NCBI GenBank assembly: GCA_000708835.1
Contig: DF237510.1
Span: 1 to 57,939 of the forward strand
Source of the DNA: Klebsormidium nitens
Taxonomy: Eukaryota; Plantae; Klebsormidiophyceae
Length of the DNA stretch: 57,939 bases
Direction of reading: 5' to 3'
The translations under genes were made by a program, and so were the position numbers. Positions 1 to 13,300 of the stretch are shown here, one piece after another. Under the pieces are notes generated by a model. That model ran no database searches, was not told where the DNA came from, and saw only the letters and a list, made by a program, of their open reading frames with translations. Positions within the stretch are counted from its first letter, which is position 1; each line of letters opens with the position of its first letter.

Positions 1-303
1 CGCAACCTAAATGACCTTGGTGTGGGTTCTTATCGCGCTGCAGTGTTGGCTGTTGGTAGAAATATTCGATGAGAAGATAGCGGGAACTCCAGCAGGCCTT
101 GGCCTGAGATCCTGCGCTTAAGCGACTGCCTCGCCTGTGCCGCCCATCTTTCCAGGGGATGAAAACATCATCCTTGCAAGAGACAAGTCGGACAAGGGGA
201 CAAAAGCATTGAAAATGGTCTGAACCCCGATTAGTCCCTGAAAGCCAGAGGACTCGAGTCTTAGATACAGATTTTCCAACCGACACCGTGCAAGCAAGCT
301 CAC

Positions 304-3300
304 CTGAAGTCCAGATCTGCAAAGAGCCCGGTGTCAGCGGGCACCTCGACCTTTTCCGCTGGAGCTGCAGGCTCGTCAGCGTAGTTACCAGCATACGCTC
401 GGGCGCGACCCCACTCGGCGACAGCCCGGCAGGCGGCATGCAGGGCGGGGCGAGACTCTGAGCGGAGGATGTACTCAAGCCTGGGGGACATAAGAAAACT
501 GATTTAGTGCAGAAGAAATCTTTCCATAGACGGCACAACTCAGTACAAAAAACATTTCCCAACCACGAGAAATTGGGTGTTTCAAGACATGTTCAGAGGC
601 ACGGTCAGGGAGATTTGTCAACCAGTTGATCTGAACAAGAGAAGCACCGTCTCCAAGCGCCTCGATCTCGGATGGATGGAACAAGACATCATGCCGCATT
701 GTGCTGCTAAAGGGCAACCTATTATAGTTGCAGTGGTCCTGAGCCGTCTCCCGAACACCCTAATACGCGTCACTTTTCAAAGCTTCCAAAACATCCGTCG
801 GGTTTTCAGACGCTTTCCAAACCTTCCGAACTGTTTCACGCTCATCGTTGACCGCCACCAAGAGCACCGGTTCAACGGTCGTCGCTGCCGGCGCCGCCAC
901 TACTAGCGCCCTTTCTCGGCTTTGCCACTATACTTGAAACTTTTAGGGCCCATTTGAAGATCAACCCCATTATTTTCTCGATTTTATACTGAACAATGAA
1001 GTAATCTTCGCAGGCTCCTTACAGTTTCTCAACGTCCCCCGTGCCCTCACCTTTGGGCCGCGACCGAGAGCACCGGTTCAACGGTCTTCACCGTCGGCGC
1101 TGCCGCTGCAGCGCCCTTCTTCGGCTTCGGCTCTTCGCCCCCGTTCTCGACCACCATCGAGGCCTTTTGAAGAAGCATCCAGGCGTGGGCGCGAGCGTCG
1201 GGGGATCCCTCGCCGTTGATGCTGCCCACCATGCAGTTGATGGCTTCGAGCGACACCTGTCGGAAGCGCAAAAGTCGGCTTTGAACTCGATCATAGAAAC
1301 AACTTTCGCCTACTTGAGAATGGCAGACGGGCATGGGAAGGGAAGAGAAGGTAACTACTTGCCAAACGTGGCATTACAGTAATTTGAAATCTCGTCCAGA
1401 TGCCAATAGATCCAGACGCTGAATGGTAGCTCTGCATGCGGAAGCACGGCAATATGGTTGCGACAGGCCAGGCCACTCGTAATAGGTACAAATCGGGAAT
1501 ACCAGCTTGCCAGGACAATCAATAAGGTGATGATAGTACTGTCAGAGGATGCAGATAAGTAGAGAGAGAGAGTCGTACCTTTGTGCTGGGATCCAGGATG
1601 AGCTTGAAGAGTAGCGCGCCAAACTGCGACTGCAGGTCGGGCCGGGCCAGCGAGGGGGCGAACAGGAGGATGGAGCTGAGCCGGGCGAGGTAGACGCGCG
1701 CGAACACGTCGGGGCATTGGACTTGCTCGCCAAGGGAGATCGAACCTGGCACGGATAGCGGACGATTTCAGGATTCTGGTTGACGAGTCAGACCATGAAG
1801 GGCCTGCTTTTTGGGTGAGCTCGCATTGATATTTTGAGAAGTAGCACTGAGATTGCTTTCGAACAGAGACCGAACCTGGCACGAATCCACGAGTTCTCGG
1901 AAGAACCCCAGCGAACTTGGTCGGCAAGGAAGTGACAGAGTCTCTCCATACATTTCAGCCGTTTGAAGGGGAATGCCGGCGACACTAAGCTTTGTCCAGT
2001 AGACACGCACAGCCTACGCCCCCACTCTCCAGGCACGACGTATCTTCCGGCGTTAATCAGTGCCTCCTCCATGCATTTCCGTTATTGGATCAGTGTCTTC
2101 GGCATGTACGTACCACACGCCGTACCTTCAGCGGAACCCGTCCCCATGACTCTCAAAGCCCCAAAACCCGCAAGTGGCTTGCTGCCGCGTTGATCCTCGA
2201 ATGCTATGAACTCAACACCAAATTGTTCCAGGGAGTCGTAAACCGCAAACGAGCGAGCACCGACACCCAAAAGAAGCCCAAGCAGATAGAAACCGAAACT
2301 TTGTACTACCGTTTGAGACATCCGGCTGGCCAGCCACGCTTGAAGCGAAACCTATCAGACAAGAATATGGGTACATCCGCAGAGCTCAACGTTTTTGTAC
2401 ATAAGAGTCCCTAGAGACGCACCATCTTTGGACATCTTTGAGAGAGCCGAGGCGACGCCAGTTGGGTTTGCAATGGCCAGCGTGCAGAGGATCGCAAGCG
2501 CATGCCTTGCAGCGACCGGGTCAGCTGCACCAACTCCCTGCAGATCAAAACGAGAAGATTCGCTCAGATCCTCGATTGAGTGTAAGCCGTCATCCGATTG
2601 TCGTCGATACGTAATCGGGACGCCAATGCTCAACCACAGTCCTTCAACGATCGAGCTCGGTCTTCGCTTCGAGGCACATGCCCACTTTGACTCAATCACT
2701 CAAGTAAAGCGCAAAAATCTCGACCTTCTAAGCAAAAGGCCTGTTTAAAAAGAGATATAATGATTCCTGTTCTGATGGACAAGTACCAGGCAATGTTCTT
2801 GACGGACGAAGTCCATCTTTCGTACCGGGAGCATCAACCCCAAGGCGGTTCTATCAAAAGATCATATCGTTCCCCTTGAAAAGAGTGGTCGTCATTCACC
2901 TGCGCAGAGTAGTTGAGGAGCTGCTGATTCCCAGGGTCTGCCGGCAGCCTCCGGAGAGCCGCCAGGGCCGCGTACTGCAGGTTCGCTCGAAGCGCAGTTT
3001 CCTTGTCGATTGAGGATCTTCCAAAGATCCCCCGCTTGGCGCGTTTCAGTTTGGACCCATCATTTACCTGACAAGTAGACCGTGAGTCAGGTTCTGCTAC
3101 TGTTGTGAAGAAACCTTTTCGAGATAGCAGTCTGTTGTCAGGGATGCGACAACTTCCTCAATATGAGATACTATGCCACCCGTTCCTGCACTCGGTCAAT
3201 GATGCACCAGAAGAGATCGACAAGTCAAAGATTGAATTCGGGACTGTAGGACGCACGACGCTTTTCTGACGTTCTCCGAACAGCGTTCATCTGCTGCTCG

Positions 3301-6300
3301 AATCGCTGAAGAATGAACCAAACACAGGATAGAAGCAAGAGCAAGTAAGCTACAAGGGAACACAATATCAGAACCTTCGGTGACATGCCTGGCCGTTTGC
3401 CGATTCCCTCTTCGACATCATTACGACAAAGTTCCAAAAGCAACCTTCCGTCTCGCTGGCAACCATCATTCTGCCAAGCCACGAACCTGTGCCAGCATCT
3501 CAAACGCCGCCTGCGCCAGCTTGCGCATGGCGCCCTCCAGGAACGGCGGCGCGTGGGCCAGAGCGCTCAAAGCAGCCACCCGCCGCCCATGAGATGCGGG
3601 ATCCTTCTTCCCGGCCTCCTCCGCCAGCTTGTTAACCACCTGGTCAAAAGAGAGGTTAAGTACGAAACCTGGGGCAGTTATAAGATTCAAGATCGGTTGA
3701 GACATCGCAAAACGTGCTGCATGTTCAGCATGAGATCAGATTGTTGCCTCGATGCAAAAGCCAGGTCGACTTGGACACACTGCTAAACGTCTTGAAACAT
3801 GTCCAATTGTAAAACATACACCGACGCGGCTCCTAAGTAGAGGTCTGTTCTGTAGGAGGGGTGCTACAGTTGAACATCTTGTCCGCCAGATATCAACAAC
3901 TTCAAGAAACCATCCGCGCCCGAAGTGAAGATGAAATCAGATTCTTTGAAGAGGTTACAACGATTATCAGCTTTACTAAGTATTGGGTCTCCCTCACCTG
4001 GTTGATCAGCTCGGTTTTGTCTCCAGCGGTTGGAGTCGACGAACCCCCTAGAGCTTCCCAGTTCGGACCAGCGGTGCCAGGCGTTTGCGGGGCGCTTTTA
4101 GAGGTCCCGACCTCTCCCAGGATGCGGCCCAGGTAGTAGAAGACATACCGAAGGGTCGCGCGGTCTTCAACTTGGAGGAGCTGCGGGGAATGCACATGTT
4201 CTTTTAGATGCTGGAAACACTGATAATACGCCAAAACGTTTGTCATAAAGCGTCCGGGCTCAGCTTAGCTAATCCCTTCAGCTTGCTCTAGATCGTAGTC
4301 ATTCTCGCAACTGGTACTGATCCGAAGCACCAACTGGCGGATCAGACTCCCGCTCGGTCTTGTCAGGATACTTTCTGCAGAAAAGCATAATTTATGAGGA
4401 ACTGAAGCGAAGGGAAAAGTCAAATAGTACAGAGAGAAGTTGTGAGTCGTGCTACTTGCAAGGACTACGGAGATTAGAAAGCCAATACGTCAATCTTTGA
4501 AAGGTGGATAACCCGCGATTGGAGACAAGCAGAGCCTTAAGTAGTTTGATGCTCGGCTGTACCTACATGGGGCAAAGGCCACTCATCTGTAAGCAACAAA
4601 GTGCATGCGCTGCGTGAATTCAAAAGAGCATGATTGCTAGAGAGGAAAAAGACAAGAGAAAGCTCACCTTCAAGAAAGCAGGCACCAGTTGTATGTCCAC
4701 TGTGCTGAAGACGGAAAGCTTGGGGAAGATGCTGCTCACAAGCTGCTTCTGAGTGGTTTTCTGCATTTTGCCATGATATTGTCTCAGTTGGAGGAAAATC
4801 CACTCAAATGTGAACGGTTTCAACGTTCAGCTGTTTGGCAGGCAACACCTGACAAGTGTTTTTTCACGATTTCATGATGGGATCTGTATACCTCCTCGAC
4901 TCAGCGCTGACCATGACAACAACCTCGGCCGGGGAATCTGGACATGCTATGCTAACAGCTGATTCCCCTGGCGACCCCTTGACCTGATGATTAGTGCACC
5001 TGAAGCTAAGCTGAGGATCTGAGCCGCGTTATTGTTAGTTAGGAGAAGGCATAAAGGGTTCCAGTACGCCCTGACTTTTGTTATTTCCTCATGTTTTCTT
5101 GATTATCCGTACTGCGTGCAACCAAGGTCCTATGACTTGCCAGGTGGACGGCATCGTGGTTCCCCCTTCTGCCAGAGCGACTTGTATTGTCAAATTCCGC
5201 CAACAATATCATAGCACTTCCATTCAGGTCTTACCTGATCCCCACTGGCCGCCAGTTCGATGACTGACTTCGCCAGCTGTCCGTAAGAGATAGGCTGCAC
5301 ATAGCAACATTCACATAAGTCAGCATAGCATGACATTCCCAGCAAAGTTGAAATCACCTGATTGGCACTGCATCTATGATACTCACATCATTGCAGGTAA
5401 CAAGGAGGGGCCGAGGAGCGTCAGCTCCAATTATGAGTGAAGCTGTGGGCCTTGCTTTGTAACTTAAAAATCATGATTGAGAAAAAGCCCAGAGCAGCTT
5501 CCAACGGGGCATTAAATATTCGACCAGAATCGACTGCAGTCTTTTAAAGTGGCTCCCAAGTACACAAACCGAAATCACAAGTACAAAGCGCTGGCCAATG
5601 CCAGATGCCTGTTTACTGAAATCATCTGAATTGGAGGCAAAACAGGCATGATTGTGACAGAATGATCGCTTGCAATGGACAATTCTCACCACCGGTGTCT
5701 CAACAAGCAGTGGAAGCTCAGCCACTTCAGTTTGAGCAAGTCGGTAGAACGATTAGTGAAGTGTCGACAACCACCAGCTCATTCAATGATCGTAGGAAAT
5801 ATTTAGGCAACAACCAAAGCCTTTCATCTAAGCGCACATATCACCAATCACAATTATCAATTGAATGGCATTCTAGGGGCAAAATCCCCGTTAGTAACCT
5901 CGTCACATTGTAGTGCAACTGCCAGCGGAAGATTCCCGAACGCATGCCAAACCAGATTGTTGACAAACTCCATATGCAAATATGCTGCTCAATTGTGCAA
6001 CGGAGATTGGCTGCACATTGATGATTGCTGGTGCACTCAAACTGATCAGCGGCAAAAGTGCATTTCATGTTGACCCTTGGTGGTTTCCAGATAGTAGCTC
6101 GATCAACCCACTCTCATTAGTCCAGAACTTCCCGCGCAACTTGAACAGAATTCGTTTATTGGATTACCACAACAGGTCGCAAAGTTCCCAGGAAGCATGC
6201 AACTTAGGCAGAACCTTCAAACATACGCACAAATGCAATTGCACCATACCTTCTTCTTCTTCGCGTCTGCAGGGGGCGCTTGCGCCTTGCTGGCTTGGGG

Positions 6301-6435
6301 CGGCACTCCATCAACCGGGAGGCCAGAAGAAGACGCACCCTTCTTTGAGCTCTTCTCCGCTTTCTTGCCTGATTGCGCAGGGGTGTGATCCATAAGATCC
6401 ATGAGGTTCCCCGGCGCCCCTCCATTTGCAGCCAT
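304..6435 (-). CDS. TASH3: TASH3 (TPLATE/TSET complex large subunit), 5' ten exons; gene presumably continues past the left edge
   Basis: GT-AG exons with consistent phases: 6435-6250, 5294-5235, 4760-4668, 4180-3998, 3639-3487, 3067-2900, 2537-2423, 1745-1579, 1256-1051, 480-304. The spliced peptide contains PISYGQLAKSVIELAA, KQLVSSIFPKLSVF, EDRATLRYVFYYLGRIL, RANLQYAALAALRRLPADPGN, ADPVAARHAL, DVFARVYLARL, RLEYILRSESRPALHAA. I recognise these as matching Arabidopsis TASH3 from memory. No stop codon is reached, and the SH3-bearing C-terminus is not in the window. Confidence 0.87.
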
Positions 6436-7348
6436 TATCTCTGTGGGTCCTCTTCAGAGCCTCTTGTTTGAATAGCTAATGACCCAGGTGGTCAGTTTAC
6501 AGCACTACGAATTCTGACGTCCAATTGTCATAACATTCCATCAACTCGACGCAAGTGTCCATGCCTCAGATTGTCTCAAAAGTGTTGGCTGGCCAGTGGT
6601 CACCCCCTCAGTAGCGACCATAGCGCCGCCCCTTGCATTTCTGGTGATTGTTCCACAGTCGAGCACTTGCTGGTTGCTTCGTGCAGGATGTCTCGTCCAG
6701 GAACACTTGTGTTAGAACTTAAAGTTAGAAGTTTGAACACCATTCCTTGAATACTGGGGGACATCGCTGCTGATATTCACTGCAGATGTCCAACCCGGGG
6801 AAGAAACAAACCAAGCCCTTAACCTGAAACGATGACGCCCTGCGTACAACGTATTGGCCTTAAACCCCCGGACTAACCCTACTCGTCCCCGGGATCTGAT
6901 CAGCACCGCCCTCCGTGAACCGAAATCCTTGACTCAGTGAAGCCAAAGACGGAATGTAAACTCTGGACGGCTGGGATTGCTGTTGGCTAGACGGTGGGTT
7001 TCATCGGAGCGCTCAAAGTTCTCCATGCACCTGGAGGCTGGAAATTCGGCATCCACTGAAGGCTGAAGCTCCTGGAGCTGCTGGACAGAGGAAAGAATTT
7101 CCAGGTCGAGCTGAGCCTGTGGCATTGTCAAGTTCCAGTACGTGGTCATTGAACAGGATTCAGAAGAGATCCATCACTGCCAGCAGCAGGCGATCCAAGA
7201 TCTTGTATGCCTGAGTGACAACTTTCTTCGTCCAAAGGATCCTTCAAAGACGCATTGCGAACACAAGTAGCTTTTGTTTCTGGTTGCAAACCCCATTCGA
7301 CACCATCAAAAGCAGATTCAGCCTTCGCCATTGCGGTGAATCGCAAGC
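6436..7348. promoter_or_regulatory. Divergent (bidirectional) promoter/5'UTR interval between TASH3 and GBSS
   Basis: Only 913 bp separate the TASH3 ATG (6435, -) and the GBSS ATG (7349, +). Inferred from position; no specific motif called. Confidence 0.5.
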
Positions 7349-10300
7349 ATGGCATCAGCGCTTGCACGGAGCAGCCTTCCGCTTCAGCCCCGACTTGCTG
7401 CGCAGCATTCTGCTCCCGAAAAGAGATCACAGTCGAGCACCCCCATCAGATCTAGCTCACCAGGGCACGCGCGGTGTACTCAAACCCGTGCATTCAAAGG
7501 TTTCAATGGTCTGCGGGCTTCTTCTCTGGTTTCCAGTGGATCTGCACAAAATGTGAATACGCTCTTCAAAGATAAGGTGGCTGCTGCAGCTCTGCCTGGC
7601 GCCCATTCAGGAAGGGGCAGGAGGGGCCAGATTGTCTGTGGCGATGGCATGAAGCTCGTCTTTGTTAGTGCTGAGGTTGCGCCTTGGTCGAAGGTGAGGT
7701 GTTGATCTGCAGTTAGTGGTTCTACAAAATGATTCTTTCATGAGTCGAGAACAACTTTTGGTTGCTTTGTTGGAGCGTGAGCTAGGGATCCTCTCAAGAA
7801 GAAGCCTGCGCAATGCATTCTGCACTGTTGACAGTGGCGCCATTGTGTGCTGAATCGGGATACTTGTGCTGCTCAGCAGCTGGTCAGCACTTAGAGATAA
7901 TCAGATATTGACTCTTGGAAACCTGGATAGAAGGTATAACCAAGTTCCTGCATTGTCCTATTGCAGACTGGCGGCCTTGGCGATGTGCTTGGAGGGCTAC
8001 CACCGGCGCTTGCTGTAAGTCAACAATATTGCAAACATGCTTTCAATATCGAAGTCATGCTTTTGAGAACTCCACTTCAGAATCTCTGCTTTGATCAGTC
8101 CTTGTTCTAAAACAGATTGTTGTCCAACTGGACAGGTGACTGTCAGCGGATACCCTTCAACCTGTCATGGCGCTTGTAAGAGTTTCTCAGATGATGGATG
8201 TTGAACCATGCTTGAAACCTTGCCATGCTTGAATCAGTGAGCAAGTGAACTTTGCACACCAAAGTAGTGGTTGGAGTGTGACACTCATGTTATTTTCGCA
8301 CTGTTTTTTGGGGGTTCGTGGGGTTTCTGCCACCATGTTGCAATGTTCAGGCATCTTGAAGATCTTGATGCAATCCACTTCATGACGATGATAGGGTCGC
8401 TATTCCCCTTCCCCTGGATGGCGTTAGTGAGATGAATTGAGTTCAGCTCTATAAGCAATGCCGCCGCGGCTGTCACTTCGAAGCAATGCATCAAGAGAAT
8501 CATTATTGCTTGGTTATGCGGTTTGAGAACCAGAGAGATAGGCAAATGTCTCACTTTCTTGACATACCTTAAGTGCTCTCATCCTTCTAAATCGTACAGG
8601 CACGTGGACACCGGGTTATGACGGTTTCCCCTCGGTATGACCAGTACAAGGATGCCTGGGACACTGATTGCACTGTGGACGTAAGTTGGTCAGACGAAGC
8701 TTTCCAGGGTGATTAGAAGTCAGAAATTCAAGGCTTCGTTACTGAATGTTGTCCTAGGAATGCTTTTCTCCATCAGAACCGTCACCTTTGATTATGCGCC
8801 TAATGGGGGTTCAATCGAGCAATCCTGACAAAGTGTTTAAAAATTGCACCACGCTAAAGCAACAAGCTGCAGGACCAAAACAGTGTAGCACTGCTACACA
8901 AGCCTCTGTAGCAAATCCACAAGAAGGGAAGCAGACAATGATCCCCAGCTGGTTGACAGACGAGTGTTCTCATTGCGAGTGGCATGGTTGGAATGCAAAA
9001 AATGCATTAGATGCGCGCGTGAAGTGGCACGGTTCAGATGGCGCCGACATCCAGGGTTGCTTGTACCATGAGTGCGAAGAGTCTTTCAAGGGCTTTTATT
9101 AGTTGCGAAACTCAACGAGAGGAGACTGAATCACTTTCCGCCTCGTGGTGTGGTTCGAATTCCAAATGGCTCGACTATAATAAGATGCTCAGAATGTTTA
9201 GTGTTTGAGTAAGAACCTTATGACGGACTCCTGTCCAACCTGCATTTTTCTAGACCGATAAATGCCTTGGGTCGTCAAATTCCTATTTTACTTCACTGTT
9301 CTGGACCACGGACATTACCTTCTGGAGATGGGAACAGAATCTCACGAAGCAGAGTCTTCCTTTTCTTTACAGCTGAAGGTTGGGGACAAGATGGAGACGG
9401 TGCGCTTCTTCCATTGTTACAAGCGAGGTGTCGACCGTGTGTTTGTGGATCACCCTCTCTTCTTGGCAAAGGTAAGAAACCCCACTAAAGGTGCAACCGC
9501 AGCGGCAAAGCATCAGAAAACATCCCGAGCTTCACAGCCTGAACAGTGCCATACGTCCAAACAACAGAGGTTGGATGGAGACCCTTCTCGAATAACATTC
9601 GAAGCTTAGATTCCAGACATGTGCATTGGAAGAGGTAATGTGAAGTGATCACAGAGCCGTACAGATATAGCATAATTGGGTATGCGGTTGTCATTCACGA
9701 GTAGTACAGACAAATCTCAATTCTCGACTGACTTAAAACGCCATTCAAGTGGGGATATATCATGCTTTCTTGTAAAGATGAAGGCCGCTTTTGGCACATT
9801 ACAGGCCTTCGTTTCTTCGAAAAATAAACAGATAAAAATCAAGGTGTGAAAAGTAAAGCCATTAGTTTTACTCGAGCAATTTCAATTCTCAGGTGTGGGG
9901 CAAGACTGGCGGCAAGATCTACGGGAACAAGACTGGCGAGGATTTTGAGGACAATCAGCTGCGGTTCAGCCTCTTCGCTCAGGCGGCCATTGAAGCCCCC
10001 CGTGTGCTCAACCTGACAAATAGCCCCCACTATGACCGGCCGTACGGTGAGCTGAGGACAGACAATGTTTGACAATCTTCGGAATCTTCAGCAAGTGCTC
10101 TTCCCCCCTGCTTCCCTTTCTACAAGGATCCGCTGGCGCGTTATGAATTGGTTGACTAACCGGGCTCTGGTCTATTTGTTCGGCTTGTTCTGTCGAAACC
10201 ACTTATGTCGCTGCCCTAGACCGTTGGAACGGAGTTCGAGTGCCATGTTCGTGGTAGCAGCTAAGAGTTGCACCAATGCCAGACGAAGCGCTTTGAACTT

Positions 10301-13300
10301 CAATGTTGTGACCCTGTTTCAAGCAGAGTAGATCGCGATGGCTTGCTAGAAAGCTGAAGTGTGTTCGTTTAACAAGTCGCAAACCTACTGAAGCACAGGG
10401 TAATCGACTTCTTGCCCCGGCTCTTGGCTCAGAAGTCTCAATTTCTAGAGCCCTGTCCCCAAAAATGACTTCGTAAGTTACTTCGTTTCTCCCCCAGGCG
10501 AGGACGTCGTGTTTGTTGCGAACGACTGGCACACTGCCCTCCTTCCCTGCTACCTCAAGTCGCAGTACCAGCCGAATGGTCACTTCACCAGCGCTAAGGT
10601 GGGTGTCATGGTCAGCGTGCAAGTGAAGCAGGCATACTGTTCAAATCTTCTAGCGTGAATTTCTTCCATCTTTTGTCCGCAGATGTCCTTCGAGACAACC
10701 TGCTGACTCCATGGATCCGCCAAAAGGATGCCTTGGGTGGTTTGATAGTAGTCAACATCGCTGTCCCGTTGCCGCCTCGAGATGCAGACGAAGGTGTTGG
10801 CAATTTGAGATACGCTTGTGCTTGTACAAAGCCCTACACCGCTCATTCGATGACGTCACCCGTGAGTCCGCCCCCGCCCTGACCTCATGCTGACGTCACG
10901 CAGGTCGCCTACTGTGTCCACAACATCGCCTACCAGGGCCGCTTCGCCCCCACCGATTTTGCCAGGCTCAACCTGCCCGACTCTTTCAGAGACTCTTTCG
11001 ACTTTTGGGACGGGTGAGCAATTCTCCTGATAGTCTGGGTAGATGCAGCACGGAGCTTCTTACTCTGTTGTGCTGTTCGGTGCAATCACTTTGGAATCAA
11101 GCGCAGATGGTCGACACAAATCATATTTAGAGACACAGACTCATCTTTAGAGCAAGGGCCAGGATTGAGCTTCTTTCTTTGTTCGGGAAAAGGTAAAATT
11201 GGCAGAGAATGTAGAGTTGGTAGCGGTGAGGAGGTTCCAATGTGTTCCTGGCATCCGTTGAACTCATACGTCAGTACCAACTACCGAGAGCGACCTGCAC
11301 TTTTTAAGCTGAGAGCAAAATTGGAACGATCTTGCAAACTTTCTACCTGTTTAGCAAAGCACGGTTCCGGCAAGAAGATCAAAAGGAAGAGGGCCGCATT
11401 CGTGGAGTCTATCTACTTCTTCCCGTCAGACCTGACGACCGCGCTCCATTTGCTCCGTAAATGGAGCAAATGGAGCATTCAAAAGCTGAACTTACTAACA
11501 CAACGTGCAATCTGTTCAGGTACTCAAAGCCCGTGGCTGGCAAGAAGATCAACTGGATGAAGGCCGCGTTCCTGGAGTCCGATCTAGTTCTCACCGTGAG
11601 CCCCAACTACGCGAGCGAGCTGGTGTCCGGCCCCGACAAGGGCGTCGAGTTGGACGATATCGCCAAGAAAGTGGGCGTCAAGGGGATCGTCAACGGAATG
11701 GACGTGGCGGAATGGGACCCGGCGAGCGACAAGTACCTGGACCAGACGTATGACCTGGACACAGTAAGTTTCAGAATCACTTATGGTGTGTTTGGCTACT
11801 GGGCTTCAATCGCGGAGGGTGTCAGTCGACGTATAGGAAGAGCTAAGCGTCAAAGGGAACGTGATCAAAATGGATGTTACCGAGTAGGATCCAGCAAGTA
11901 GAGTTACCTGGACCGATAGTACAACCGGATACGGTGAGCATTTGGATGCTTTACAAAGAGCCTATTTCTTCCATTATCTTGGTGGAAGTTCCAAAAGTTT
12001 GGGGGGAGTGAAAATCTACTTCAACGGCTTTCATCGACGGACTGGATGGTTTGGGAATCGACCTGGTGAGCGTTTACCTGGGTCTACGAAACGACTTGGG
12101 AGGCGGTGAGTCTGTTGGAACCTAAAAATCTGTACCATTTGTGCCAACGTACACAAAACGATTGGGGTGAAGCAAAAAAATTTACCAAGATCAGTCAACA
12201 GCATTGCTGGAACCGCCTCTTTCGGACCAATTTACATCCGGCATCTGTTCCTCTGTCATGATCGTTGCGCACAAATAGGGCGCGCTCAAAAGCCGAATGA
12301 ACCTCGTTCCTGGCCCAGAACGGACTCTTCTTCTGCACTAGTTCAGTATTCACCCGGATTCCGTTCCCTTTTCACCAACGGAACCCGGTTTCTCTCGCAG
12401 GTTCTGGAGACGAAGCCCATCCTGAAGGAGGCCCTGCAAGCGGAGGTCGGGCTGCCGGTCGACCCCTCCAAGCCGTTGATCGGCTTCATCGGACGGCTGG
12501 AAGAGCAGAAGGGGTCGGACATTCTGGCGGGGGCCGTGGGCGACATCGTGAAGGCAGGGGCGCAGCTGGTGGTCTTGGTAGGTCGCAAATCATTCACACT
12601 GACCTCAATCTGCAGCTTTGTGGTTGGTCTGTCTTGCTTGAAGGTTTATGACGTTGCGCTTGTTCTGCTTCGCCAGCGAGCCGAAGGAACAGCTTGCGGA
12701 CAGCTCAGCGTCAAGAGAGACGCACTGAGTAGCACTTTGCACGCAGCATCAGTGCGCATGTCTTCTCGAGCTTGAACCTGTCAGACCCTCAACCGCAGCG
12801 AGGGGCGGCTTTCTATGTCTGTCCGGGTCCCAAATACTTGTGTACGAGCAGAGTAGGGGTGTCAATATGCTGTCCAGGTCAAGAAGATGATAGATCTCGG
12901 GAAAGCAGTCAGGGTACTCGTACACATCATTTGGCCTGCATGACCGCTATGCTCACATGCTGACATGCTTTACTGTTAAGATGAAATACAACGAGGAAAC
13001 ACGAAAAAGAAACTGACATCTCTGGTTAACCCGGGGCTTTCTCTCGAGCAGGGCACGGGCAAAAAGTACCTAGAGAAGCAGCTGGACGAGCTGGACGCCA
13101 AGTTCCCCGATGGGGCCCGGGGCATCGTCAAGTTCAACGTGCCGCTTGCTCACCTGATCATTGCGGGTAAGGAGGCGCTTGAAGTTTTCGCGGGGCTGTT
13201 TCGGGTAGTGGATGGATTGCAGCTTTCAGATTTGATGTGTGCTTCAAAGTGGAGGGTCTTGAAAAAAATGATCACTCATCATTCTTCCGTTTCGGGCTCT

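Noticed and set aside
1768-4246. ORF-track peptides that looked like retroelement RT/RNase H fragments (YYLGRILG, FYLLG)
   Set aside because: The 3998-4180 segment is a TASH3 exon. The others lie in TASH3 introns and lack YxDD or DAS motifs.
9140-9170. GGTTCGAATTCC, tRNA T-loop/B-box-like
   Set aside because: No cloverleaf or A-box could be built around it, and it lies in a GBSS intron.
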